Shown: piece after piece, positions 8,968 through 19,700 of the stretch
How the letters are laid out: each line of letters begins with the position of its first letter
Numbering within the stretch: the stretch's first letter is position 1
Position numbers and translations under genes: made by a program
Notes under the pieces: generated by a model
Database searches by the model: none
Told to the model about the DNA's origin: nothing
The model's input: only the letters and a program-made list of their open reading frames with translations
Assembly: GCA_045637505.1 (NCBI GenBank)
Contig: JAZTZO010000045.1
Location: 31,384-95,383, forward strand
DNA from: Muribaculaceae bacterium
Lineage (GTDB): Bacteria; Bacteroidota; Bacteroidia; Bacteroidales; Muribaculaceae
Reading direction: 5' to 3'
Length of the DNA: 64,000 bases

Positions 8968-10338
8968 TTATTGAGTTGGGGGCATTGGGGGCATTCCTGT
9001 AGGAGGAGGGGGAGGAGTATTTGTCATAAATAATGATGCCAACTCTGCTACATTTCCAGCCAAATCCCAATTAGGCATACCTTGTTTCCACACGTATGTT
9101 TGTTGTGTCATTTGTCCTTGTTGTACTAATTGCTGCATTTGTTGCATATTAAATGGACCAGCTTGTTGACCATTTACCGACAACATGTATTGAACATTTG
9201 GCATAGGAGGAGGGGTATTCATTTGATTGGCAAATTGACCATTCATTGCATTACCCATAGTATTCATCATTCCGGCCATTTGGCTACCCATGGCACCTCC
9301 CATCATCATTCCAGTCATCATTCCGGCGGGATTCATACCTCCACCGCCATCTCCCATAGAACTCATTGAGCCAAGATTTTGTGCAGCAGTTTGGAGCACG
9401 GCTGTTTGTTGGTCAAGAGCATGTGCACCAATATATGTAGATTCTGTTTGTAAGCGTTGTGCTCGTTGAGACTCTTCGCGTTGAATACGCAATGTTTCTT
9501 GCATATTTTCGGCATTGATAGCCTGCATATCTTGCATGTTCTTGATATTCACTTGACTTTGTGCCAAAATTGTATCACTCTGAACACCGGCTGTAATCTT
9601 TCTCAATTCTTGCCATCCTTGACTTTCTTTATCAGCCTCCATTCTTGACAAATCAAAACGTTTAAGATTTACAGCAAAATCTTCAAAATCGACTTTGAGC
9701 TTATCTTGAATTCGATCACTAATTTCATCTATTTTACGTTCTATTTGCACCACAGGGAAGCCATAATCACTTGGGGCATTACTTATCACACCCTTTACTC
9801 TGCGTTTTACAGCATCGGCTATTTGATTTTTGAATGTATCTAAATCAAATTCAATTAGCCTATGAGCCTTGATAAATGCCTTATAATCCGATATGTTAAA
9901 TGTGATAGAGCCAGCAGCTGAAACAGGTACTGTAAAATCTAAAAAACGAGGATCGGCAACATCAAAATATGGTATTCCAAATTTTACTTGTACTACTCCA
10001 GCCAAATTTATAAAGTAAATTTCGGCTTGGAATGGAGATTCCCCTCCAAATGCCAATCCTACAATGCTTGACAATACAGGAAAGTTTGCTGTCTTGATTG
10101 TGTCATCATATGGACCGACAATGAAATCTTGACAAGTGCCATCTTTTTGTTTGTAAACAAAAACTGCTACCTCTCCATCTTTTACACGCAAACTACTGCC
10201 ATAACGAATAGAATTTTCACGAGTTGTAGAATTTAATTCTTGATCAAGAGGACGCCATTTCCACACCAAATAATCTTCTTGATCGCAGCGGATTACGTTC
10301 ATCAATCCGCCACCTTTACCACGCCCAAAAAAGCCCAT
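8968..10338 (-). CDS. SPFH-fold protein of the YdjI/COG4260 type with Met/Gly/Gln-rich linker and C-terminal GYF_2 domain
   Basis: N-terminus MGFFGRGKGGGLMNVIRCDQEDYLVWKW...SLRVKDGEVAVFV is typical of COG4260 SPFH proteins. The low-complexity stretch is GGGGMNPAGMMTGMMMGGAMGSQMAGMMNTMGNAMNGQ. The C-terminal YMLSVNGQQAGPFNMQQMQQLVQQGQMTQQTYVWKQGMPNW is GYF_2-like, followed by a PPPPPTGMPPMPP tail. Confidence 0.7.
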   Translation of the reverse strand: MGFFGRGKGGGLMNVIRCDQEDYLVWKWRPLDQELNSTTRENSIRYGSSLRVKDGEVAVFVYKQKDGTCQDFIVGPYDDTIKTANFPVLSSIVGLAFGGESPFQAEIYFINLAGVVQVKFGIPYFDVADPRFLDFTVPVSAAGSITFNISDYKAFIKAHRLIEFDLDTFKNQIADAVKRRVKGVISNAPSDYGFPVVQIERKIDEISDRIQDKLKVDFEDFAVNLKRFDLSRMEADKESQGWQELRKITAGVQSDTILAQSQVNIKNMQDMQAINAENMQETLRIQREESQRAQRLQTESTYIGAHALDQQTAVLQTAAQNLGSMSSMGDGGGGMNPAGMMTGMMMGGAMGSQMAGMMNTMGNAMNGQFANQMNTPPPMPNVQYMLSVNGQQAGPFNMQQMQQLVQQGQMTQQTYVWKQGMPNWDLAGNVAELASLFMTNTPPPPPTGMPPMPPTQ

Positions 10339-10362
10339 AATTATGTGTTGTTTAAATGGTTA

Positions 10363-11442
10363 TTAATATATATTTATTTCAGCAGTTTCTGACTTATATT
10401 TTTTAACAAGCCGCACTATAAAAATAATACATCCAATAAATCCGAGGAATGCGACACCGCCGTCTACTGCTAAACCAATTAACATTACCAACAAACATAC
10501 TCCTATTGCAATTCCTCTCCAACCTTTTATTAAGTTGATCAATACTTCTTTTTTATCTTCATTTGCGGCTTTCTTTGCGGCTTTCATGTCGTTTTTCAAT
10601 TTAGATTGAACCTCTTTGGGTATTTGAGTGAAATTTTTGTATTTTTCTGGAATACGTTTCATTAACGAAACAATCATATTTGTTGCTTGGTCTAAAATTG
10701 TTTGATCTCCTGCAGCACATATAATTATCTTTTGATATATTTGGTCAGTTTTTTGAATCCAAACTTCCTCTTCAGGCCCAATACGTCCATCATTATCATA
10801 AGCACTACTTGTTGCCATTGCTAACATTTCCAACAAGTCTTCTTTTGAATTGGGGACTGGATATGTTTTTATAATCTGAGCTTTTTCAGCTATATATTTT
10901 TGCTCAATATCTCTCGCTTGTCGATTCAATTCTCTTATCAAGTCCTCTCTTTCTTCATCTTCTCGTTCTTTTCTACTTGAGCCAGAGAAAACTTTTGCAA
11001 ATGTTGATTCTCCTTCTTTTTGTATTTTTGCCAATTGTTCCAAACGACGATTTTTTTCAACACCATGGGCTGCTAATTCTTGAGATTTACGCAACTCACA
11101 TGCTTGTAACAAATCAAATAATTTATTTGCAGATTGAACAGAATCAACATTTGAAAATTCGTGACCGCAGTCAGTACACTTTGTTTGAAAAGATTTCATT
11201 ATTGCGCCACAAGCAGGACATTTCCTTACATCACCAAACTTATCAGATTTTGGAGCAGAATGAGTAGTAGGTTGATTGTTCTTTTTGAGTTCAAATAATT
11301 TTGCATCTAATACCATTTCAAATTCATCAAGATCAATACCTTCTTCTTGTGCTTTTTTAAACAAAATTTGTTTTTCTTTTTCAGTTAGTTCTCCATCGGC
11401 TAACGCAACTTTTATTAAAGCCTCGATTTTTTCGTTATACAT
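10363..11442 (-). CDS. TerB-like N-terminal domain / zinc-ribbon / coiled-coil protein with C-terminal TM anchor
   Basis: IEALIKVALADGELTEKEKQILFKKAQEEGIDLDEFEMVL is a TerB/DjlA-type tellurite-resistance-like motif. The zinc ribbon is CPACGAIMKSFQTKCTDCGHEF. The C-terminal hydrophobic segment is GIAIGVCLLVMLIGLAVDGGVAFLGFIGCIIFIV. Confidence 0.6.
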   Translation of the reverse strand: MYNEKIEALIKVALADGELTEKEKQILFKKAQEEGIDLDEFEMVLDAKLFELKKNNQPTTHSAPKSDKFGDVRKCPACGAIMKSFQTKCTDCGHEFSNVDSVQSANKLFDLLQACELRKSQELAAHGVEKNRRLEQLAKIQKEGESTFAKVFSGSSRKEREDEEREDLIRELNRQARDIEQKYIAEKAQIIKTYPVPNSKEDLLEMLAMATSSAYDNDGRIGPEEEVWIQKTDQIYQKIIICAAGDQTILDQATNMIVSLMKRIPEKYKNFTQIPKEVQSKLKNDMKAAKKAANEDKKEVLINLIKGWRGIAIGVCLLVMLIGLAVDGGVAFLGFIGCIIFIVRLVKKYKSETAEINIY

Positions 11443-11478
11443 ACATATTTAATTTAGGGTTAAATTTTATTAATTTCA

Positions 11479-11486
11479 CAAAGATA
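11479..11486 (-). promoter_or_regulatory. Candidate -7 box TATCTTTG for the SPFH operon
   Basis: The plus strand reads caaagata, an exact TAnnTTTG on the minus strand, 37 nt upstream of the ATG at 11442. Confidence 0.35.
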
Positions 11487-11714
11487 TATAAAAATGGTCT
11501 TTTGCAATTGGTCCATTTTGGTTCTTTTCGCAAATGACTTTTGTTGTATTCTCGAATAATATGTAGGCTTAGTTAATACAGAGGTTTTATATCTCCAATA
11601 TATGGTTTTTTATAAATTAGTTGTGTTAATTAGTGTAATTTACTCATGAATAATTAAGTTTTTTGAAAAATAATCATAATGAACTGTGTGACTAAGATAA
11701 ATCAGAAATGTTCC

Positions 11715-11756
11715 TTAAAAAACACCAAAGGATGCATCGCCGATGCATCCTTTGGT
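11715..11756 (-). terminator. serS terminator
   Basis: Perfect 14-bp palindrome accaaaggatgcat-cgccg-atgcatcctttggt. A T-run (complement of aaaaaac) follows on the minus strand. Confidence 0.7.
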
Positions 11757-11777
11757 CGTATAATGATAATTTGTCGA

Positions 11778-13049
11778 TTAGTCGATGATGTCAAATCCTG
11801 TGTAACGGCGCAAGCACTCGGGCACTACGATGCCCTCGGGTGTTTGGTTGTTTTCGAGCAATGCCGCCATGATGCGAGGCAAAGCAAGAGCCGATCCATT
11901 AAGAGTGTGACAAAGGCGAGTTTTCTTATCTTCGGCACGATAACGACATTTCAAACGATTAGCTTGGTATGTCTCAAAGTTTGATACCGAAGAAACTTCG
12001 AGCCATCGTTTTTGAGCAGCTGAATATACTTCAAAGTCGAAAGTAATTGCCGATGTGAAGCTCATGTCGCCACCACAAAGACGAAGAATGTGCCAAGGCA
12101 AACCGAGTTTTTCGAGCAATCCTTGCACATGATCTTTCATCTCTTCAAGAGCAGCATAAGAGTTTTCGGGTTTTTCGATGCGCACGATTTCCACTTTGTC
12201 AAATTGGTGTAGGCGGTTCAAGCCACGCACATCTTTACCATAACTACCTGCTTCGCGACGGAAACAAGCCGAGTAGGCACAATTCTTAACTGGCAATTTG
12301 TCGTCGGTAAGAATTACATCGCGATATATGTTGGTTACAGGAACTTCGGCAGTGGGGATGAGGTATAGGTTGTCGAGTTGACAGTGGTACATTTGACCTT
12401 CTTTGTCGGGCAATTGACCTGTACCATAACCCGATGCTTCGTTTACTACATAGGGAGGTTGCACTTCAATGTAACCTGCTTCACCTGCTTGGTCAAGGAA
12501 GAATTGAATGAGGGCTCGTTGCAAGCGAGCACCTTTGCCAATATATACAGGGAAACCTGCACCTGTGATTTTTACACCCAAGTCAAAGTCGATGAGGTTG
12601 TATTTTTTAGCAAGATCCCAGTGGGGGAGAGCATCTTCACCAAGGTTAGGCATCTCGCCACCCTCTTTTTCAACCACATTATCCTCGGCAGTGCGTCCTT
12701 CGGGCACCATTTCGCAAGGGATATTGGGAATTGAGAGAAGAATATTTTTGATTTCTTCTTCAACAGCGGCAAGTTGTTCGGCAATACCTTTTTGCGACTC
12801 TTTAAGAGCAGCAACAGCATTTTTAGCTTCTTGGGCTTCATCTTTTTTGCCCTCTTTCATCAATTTGCCAATAGTGGCAGCATACTTATTGAGCTCGGCA
12901 GCTTGATTGTCGTTGTTGAGTTGAAGTTCGCGACGAGTGCCATCGAGTTCAATTATTTTAGCAATATCTTCATTAGCGTCAAAACCTTTCACGGCAAGGC
13001 GGCTGATGATGTATTGAGGATTCTCTTTAATTTGAGCAATAGTAAGCAT
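11778..13049 (-). CDS. serS: Seryl-tRNA synthetase
   Basis: N-terminal coiled-coil arm plus class II core motifs (YLIPTAEVP, FRREAGSYGKDVRGL, NGSALALPR). Confidence 0.95.
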   Translation of the reverse strand: MLTIAQIKENPQYIISRLAVKGFDANEDIAKIIELDGTRRELQLNNDNQAAELNKYAATIGKLMKEGKKDEAQEAKNAVAALKESQKGIAEQLAAVEEEIKNILLSIPNIPCEMVPEGRTAEDNVVEKEGGEMPNLGEDALPHWDLAKKYNLIDFDLGVKITGAGFPVYIGKGARLQRALIQFFLDQAGEAGYIEVQPPYVVNEASGYGTGQLPDKEGQMYHCQLDNLYLIPTAEVPVTNIYRDVILTDDKLPVKNCAYSACFRREAGSYGKDVRGLNRLHQFDKVEIVRIEKPENSYAALEEMKDHVQGLLEKLGLPWHILRLCGGDMSFTSAITFDFEVYSAAQKRWLEVSSVSNFETYQANRLKCRYRAEDKKTRLCHTLNGSALALPRIMAALLENNQTPEGIVVPECLRRYTGFDIID

Positions 13050-13084
13050 ATCTAAAATGTTTTATTTGTCAATATTAATGTTGC

Positions 13085-13534
13085 TTAAGCGAGCAATTCT
13101 TTTACTTTAGCCGAAATCAATCGACCATCGGCACGACCAGCAAGCGCCTTGCTTGCTACGCCCATCACTTTACCCATTTCTTTGGCCGATGTAGCACCCA
13201 CTTGTTCGATAATTTTTTTCAATTCGGCAGTGAGTTCTTCTTCGCTTAATTGTTTAGGGAGATATTCTTCGATAACAGCAGCTTCGGCAAGCTCACTTTC
13301 GGCAAGTTCGGGACGATTTTGTTCTTCGTAGATGCGTGCGCTTTCTTTGCGTTGTTTTACCATTTTCACAAGCACTTTCATAGCAGCATCATCGCTCAAA
13401 GTGCCATCGCCACCTTTTGCAGTTTTAGCTTCAAGGAATTCTTTCTTGATGCCGCGAAGAGCTTCAAGGCGCACTTTGTCGCGTGCCAACATCGCAGCCT
13501 TAATGTCGGCTCCAATTTTATCAAAAATATCCAT
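13085..13534 (-). CDS. GatB/YqeY domain protein
   Basis: Full-length YqeY-like sequence (IKAAMLARDKVRLEALRGIK...EEYLPKQLSEEEL...GKVMG). Confidence 0.85.
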   Translation of the reverse strand: MDIFDKIGADIKAAMLARDKVRLEALRGIKKEFLEAKTAKGGDGTLSDDAAMKVLVKMVKQRKESARIYEEQNRPELAESELAEAAVIEEYLPKQLSEEELTAELKKIIEQVGATSAKEMGKVMGVASKALAGRADGRLISAKVKELLA

Positions 13535-13560
13535 AACAATAAGTTTTTATTTCTAATTTG

Positions 13561-13568
13561 CAAAGATA
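13561..13568 (-). promoter_or_regulatory. Candidate -7 box TATCTTTG (yqeY-serS)
   Basis: The plus strand reads caaagata, 27 nt upstream of the ATG at 13534. Confidence 0.4.
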
Positions 13569-13670
13569 GTATAAAAAGAGGAAAGAGGAAAAAGGAAAGA
13601 GGAAAAATAATTACATAATGGTTTTAAAGTCCCTAACGACCTTAAGGTCTTTAGAATCATAGCCTCCTCA

Positions 13671-13709
13671 ATAAAATAATATGGGCATTGCCGTCACGGC
13701 AACGCCCAT
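13671..13709 (-). terminator. Terminator of the giant surface protein gene
   Basis: Hairpin atgggcattgcc-gtcac-ggcaacgcccat, followed on the minus strand by attatttta. Confidence 0.5.
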
Positions 13710-13742
13710 ACAATTAAAAAACCAAAATATTTATGAAACAAA

Positions 13743-16700
13743 TTAATTCTTTATTAATCGAGTAGTTCTACCTGCAGCGTGAATGATGTAAACACCTGTT
13801 GGGAGGTCGCTAACATTAAATTTCACGCGAGTGTCATCAGCTTCAACCTCTTTTACTAACTGGCCATCAATAGTGAACACTTTCACATCGTCAAGCACAG
13901 TCCATGCTTCAAGCGTTACAACACTATTAGCAGGATTAGGATACAAGCGCAATGTGCCTCTTGCCATATTCACATCTTCTACACCAGTGGTAATCTCGTC
14001 TTTTACTTCAATAATACCATCCATCTCTAAATCTCTATAATTCTGGTTGGTTGTAGTGATGACATACATATCTTTTCCACTTACTGCATTGCGAGTGAGT
14101 GGTGCAGAAATGTCATGAACTCCTTCTTGATAAGTAGAACTTACTTTGATTATTGGCTCATCATAGATAACCACAGGATAGTTAGCGCTTAATTCCCATT
14201 GAATTTTGGCATTCGCTTTATTTGTTAATTTTTCATTTCCAGCCCACACGTAGTGTACCTTTATAGGGAAATGTCCTGCTTCAGTGGCTAATGCCGACCA
14301 ATTTTCACTTCCGGTGTAACCAAAACCTTTAAGTTCTGCCTTAGAATAATCTTTACCATTGTTGGTGATACGATTGTTGTAACGGCCTACTACTTCGTCG
14401 GTCAAAATTGATGCAGCTTGGTAAGGAGTCCAGATGTTTGATTCTACTGGGTGACCAACACAATCCCAATCTTTAGACTTTCCATAATATCCCATATAAC
14501 GCACAAGATTATCATTAAAAACTTTCCATTTGATATCCATCGCAACGTCGTAGAAGTATTTGAAATAACCACCATATTCATCATCATCACCTTCAACATT
14601 TGCTTTTTCATCCCAGTGTGTCGATTCTTCTAAGAACACATATCCTGGACAATTTTCTGCATCTAATTCAGGATTTGGGAACGATGGATTAACTATGATA
14701 GGTGCTTCGCTTTCGTTAGTCTTTTCGACTAATTTACCATCGACAGTTTTGCGATAAGTAGTGCGAACTAACAATGTGTAGTTATCGTTCTTTCCAGCAT
14801 TGTAGGTGTAGCGAGTACGTCCATCGGGCGATGTTGTTTCATCGCGACCTACGTTAAGACCAAGAATGTCAACGATACGTTTTTGAGTATTTGAATACAA
14901 CTCTTTGTTAGTTGCATTGCTTTCTTGAACGGCTTCGCTAATCACTTTACCTTCTTTATCTTTAAGAATTAAAGTGTAAGTGATATCCCACTCATTTAAG
15001 ATTTCATCTACTACAGGGAGCGGATCGATACAACCGGTAGCACCAATCACGTTAGCTTCGGTAATTGAAATTGGGTTTGTTGGTTTTTCAATATCGCCAA
15101 TTTTTTGGAATGTACCCATTGGATAGTCTTCATTGCCTACAAGAGATTCAATGATATTACCAGTTACTGGAATTGCTTCAGCAACATTGCCCATTCCACT
15201 ACCATCGTTGCTATTAGCATTCCATTGAGGTGATGGAAGGTTGATTTTGTAAGCAGCCGATTCGGCATTGTTAGGAGTGAAGTTGAATGTGCGCACTGCA
15301 CTTGTATAAACTTGTGGTTTATATGTATAATCGAGATCTACATCTTTCCACACGAGTGATTTAGTCGCTTTTGAGAGGTCGCCCGATGGGGTAACATCGT
15401 CAAAGTCAACTACCATATACCAGTCGTTTATCACATAGTGGTTACAGTTATTTGCAGTCATGGTTGCAGGACCACGATAGAAGCGACCTACTTCTTTCAC
15501 ATTTGATGCAGCATTAAGCACATTTGCTGTTGCTTCATCAACCACAATCACATATTTTGTTGCTTTAACAGGCTCATCATTATCATCGCGAAGTGATGCA
15601 TTGAACACTTCAGGGTTGAGCGAGATGTTGAGTTGTGGATTTAATGTGTATTGAGTTACACCATCAACTTCTACCGAAGATTGAGTGAACGCAACATTTA
15701 CAGGCACCTGTGTTGGATATGATGTCACGGTTCTACCTTTACCAGAGATTGATTTTGATAAACCTTCGTGATTTGCTGATGAATAGTAATTAACAACCTT
15801 GTAGTTGTAAATGCGAGCATAGTCGCCACCATGAGCAAGGTTCTTATGAGTGTAACTACCTGTTGTGGCTCCACTTGCTATATTTGCTGTACCGGCAAGT
15901 TGCCATGTGTTGTTATCTTCCACACGGTTGCCCGATGCGTCACGACGCATTGTTTGGTAATAAATTCTATATTGACCGGCTTCACCTTTCCAAGTGATTT
16001 CAGCATCTACTGTGCCTGCTGTGTTGTTGCTACCTTCGCTATAGCATTTGCGAGTTGCAACTACATTAGTTGGAGCTGGATTTGCCATACCCGCAATTGT
16101 ATATTTTGGCATCGCATTTGTGGTGATTGGTTGAGCATTCATTTTTATTGAGTAACCCAAAAGTCCTTCATGACGAGAGAATGCATACAAGTTACCAGCA
16201 TGGTCAAAATCCATTTGGTTAATTTCTGTAGTCGCACTATTGGTTGTAATTGTGTATTGGTAGGTAAATTTAGGAGTATTTCCTGAGAAAGTAATATGAT
16301 ATATCTCAATATTACCAGAGCCATTTACAGTTGCAAACACTTTATTGTTATACAAAGCCATCCCACAACCATAATTACCTTTTAACGATGGTAAATCTTT
16401 ACCAGAATTAAAGGTTATTGTACCATCAGGAGTAATATGAGCAATAGATGGCACATCTTCAGTGTTACTATTAGAGTTACGTTGTTGAGAGACAAAGATT
16501 CCTTTTTCAGATGGAATAATTTCTACATTCCCATTTATCAGAAGAGCCGAAACTGCATTGAATTGAGCTGAAGCCGATGCTGCTGTCCATGAATCAGAAG
16601 TACCAATATCGTAACGTTTAACTTTTAACACATTAGATGCAGCACCCATTGATGTTGCAGCACCATCAAATGCATATAATTTGCGAGAAGATCCTGAACC

Positions 16701-19700
16701 AGTAAAGGCAATACCTGTTGCGGGAATTGTATTAGAAGAAGTAAATATATTGGTTACTTTTTCTCCAGCGCTTGGATTATAAACATATACACCTCCATGA
16801 CCTATATAATAGTCTGTTATATACAATTTCCCACTATTTGTTCTAAGACGAAATGGAGAGTGGATATTTCCGCTATAGAAGTTACTTCCAAGGATAAATC
16901 CTCCATTTTTAGTGCGATTGGGATAATAGCGTTGAATACCTTTTGCACCACCAACTGATGCATAGATAGTACCGAAGTTGGCACTTGTTTGGTCATTGTC
17001 AATAGCAACACCACCACGACATTGATAAGAGCCATTATGATAAGTAATCGAATTATCAGAGATAAGTAATTTACTTTCATTGATTTGTCCATTGTTGATT
17101 TTAACAGCCCAAGAGTAATCACCTTTTGCAATGTCGTAGGCATTAATAGTTACGGAATTTTCTCCTTTCTTTATTTCTCCTGTTTTGAATTCTATTGTAG
17201 CTCCAGTTGATTTATTAGTAAGTATGATGCGACCATTCTTTCTTGCACCAGTTGATTTGAATTTAAATACACAATTATTGCCGCTCTGTGTTGATGATAA
17301 ATCATAAGTAAAATAGCCTTCGGTTTGCGCATCTTCAGATTCATCAACATCAGGAGTATCAGGAGTATCGGGAGTTTCAGCATCAGGATTAGGTGCATTT
17401 TCTGGCTCAGGACCTATGCCAGGACCTACATTGGGGTCGGGAGTAGAAGTAGAAGCATGCAATGTAGAGAGGTCGCCTGCTATAGTAACATTCCAAACAC
17501 CCTCCCATGGAAGAGCGATGTTGCCTCCATCTTTATCAGCGATAAGATTGAGGGTGCCTCCATTTGTGATAGCTCCACCTGGTGTGAGGTTGCCATTATT
17601 AAATGTAGTAGCATCACCTTTGTTTGTTGAGATTTTGAATGCTGTTACATTTTCATTGAGTGTAATGGTATATTTTGTGCCATCATTAGCAACTTCAACT
17701 GCGTTTTCAGTATTCCATGCGCCAAGTTCGGCAGTATTACCTACTATATAAAGAGGTGTAAGTGGTTTAGGTGTTGTAGTAGAAGCAGTCAATGTAGAGA
17801 GGTCACCTGATACAGTGATATTCCACACACCTGCCCATGGAAGAACGAAATTGCTATAAGAGTGTTGTGCTATCAAATTTATAGTACCACCATTTGTAAT
17901 AGCATCATTGGTGGTGAGGTTACCAGCATCAAATGCAGTCCAATCACCTGAAACATTTCCTTTACCTGTAGAAATCTTGAACTCAGTTGTAGGAGCGTTA
18001 AGTGTAATAGTATAGTTTTTACCATTGTCGGTAAATTCAACAGCTTTTGCTGGATCCCAATTACCAATAGCATCGCTATTACCTACAATATAAAGAGGTA
18101 CAGGAGGATTGACACCGGTGATTGTTCCTGAACCATTAGTAACAGTTTGACGCGATGGATTTTTGATAGCATACACTAAAAGACCTTGTTGTTTTGAAGC
18201 AACATAAAGGTTATTGGCATGGTCAAACGCCATTTGGTCAACACGGTTTGTACCACTTAAAGGGAATGAGTATTGATGGCTAAATGATGGGGTGTTTCCA
18301 CTCCAAGCTACCGAATAAACATGCACATTGATGCTTGCTCCGGTATCAGTATCACTTGCAATACCTGAAACAATTGCAAATGTATTTTTGTCTTTACTTA
18401 ATGCCATACCACCTCGTTCTGTACCAAGTAAGGTGTTGTTCCCGCCATTAGCTGATTCTCCTAAAACATATGAATCGTAAATGATGGCATCGTTGAAACT
18501 GACGAGTCCAAAAGCTGGAGCGCCTTTATCATTGCCTCCTGTATATCGGCGTTGTGAAAATAATAGGCCTTTATCAGTGGCTAAAATATCACCATCATTC
18601 CATAAAACACCATTAAAATTGGTGAGGGTTTTTGAATATGTTGACTGAACAGCGTCATTTGCTCCAATGTTAAACTCATATGCCCAACGGCTACTAACGT
18701 TAGACGGATTAGTCGCATACATTTTACGATTAGTTCCTTCTCCATAGAATGTTACACCAGTAACTCGTGTTGAATATATATTTGTTGCAGACGCGGTAGA
18801 AGCCGATGGATTATATACCCAAATCCCCGGGTTAGTGGTTGAATAGTTTGCGATATAAACCTTCCCATTGTTAACGGTTATACGGTTGGCATATCCTCCA
18901 GTACCAAATTTTCCTGTTATAACTTTTTTGCCATCGGTAGTAAAGTCGGGATTGAATTTCTGGATACCTACTCCAAGACCTGTATTGGTGTAGATTGTAC
19001 CGAAGTTGGCGCTTGTTTCACTATTATCAATAGCTAAACCTAAACAAGCACCTGATGATACAACTGAGTTGTCACTATGAATAAGGTCAACTCCTGTTGA
19101 TTGAGGGTTATCAAGAGCAACAGCCCAAGAATAATTTGCGCCATCTTCGAGTTCGGTAGCATCAATTGTTACATTGTTTGAGCCTTTTTTGATTGCCCCA
19201 GTTTGGATTACAGTTTGCGCTTTTGTTGATGTGTTGGTAAGGATAATTTTACCATTGCTCATTGCACCTGTTGACTTGAATGACGCTGTATAAGTTTCTT
19301 CATCAACCTTTGTCAATTTTAGACCATATGCATAATGACCTTGTATGGGGTCTCCTGCACTAGCTTCGCGCATGTCAATATTGAGGTAATTAGTCTCGTT
19401 GGCTGTAACAGTTACAGTTTGAGTTACCTCTTTATATCCATTGAGTGAGTGCTTGATTGTATATGTGCCGGGGGCTACCTTTTTAAAGAAATAAGCCCCG
19501 TTCCATTCGTCATCGGTAGTATAAGTGTCAACAGCAACGCCATTTGAGTTATAAAGCGTAACTGTCACATTATTAAGAGGTTTTTTGTTGTCGATTTGGT
19601 TGATGGTTTGGTTGGCGTCACGAGTACTTCCTGCACCACCATCTTTTACATAGCTTGTTACTTGATAATAAGGGTGGTCCATCACTACTGAATGGTCACG

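Noticed and set aside
11679-11984. 101-aa plus-strand ORF
   Set aside because: It spans the serS terminator palindrome and runs antisense into the serS 3' end. It has no motif.
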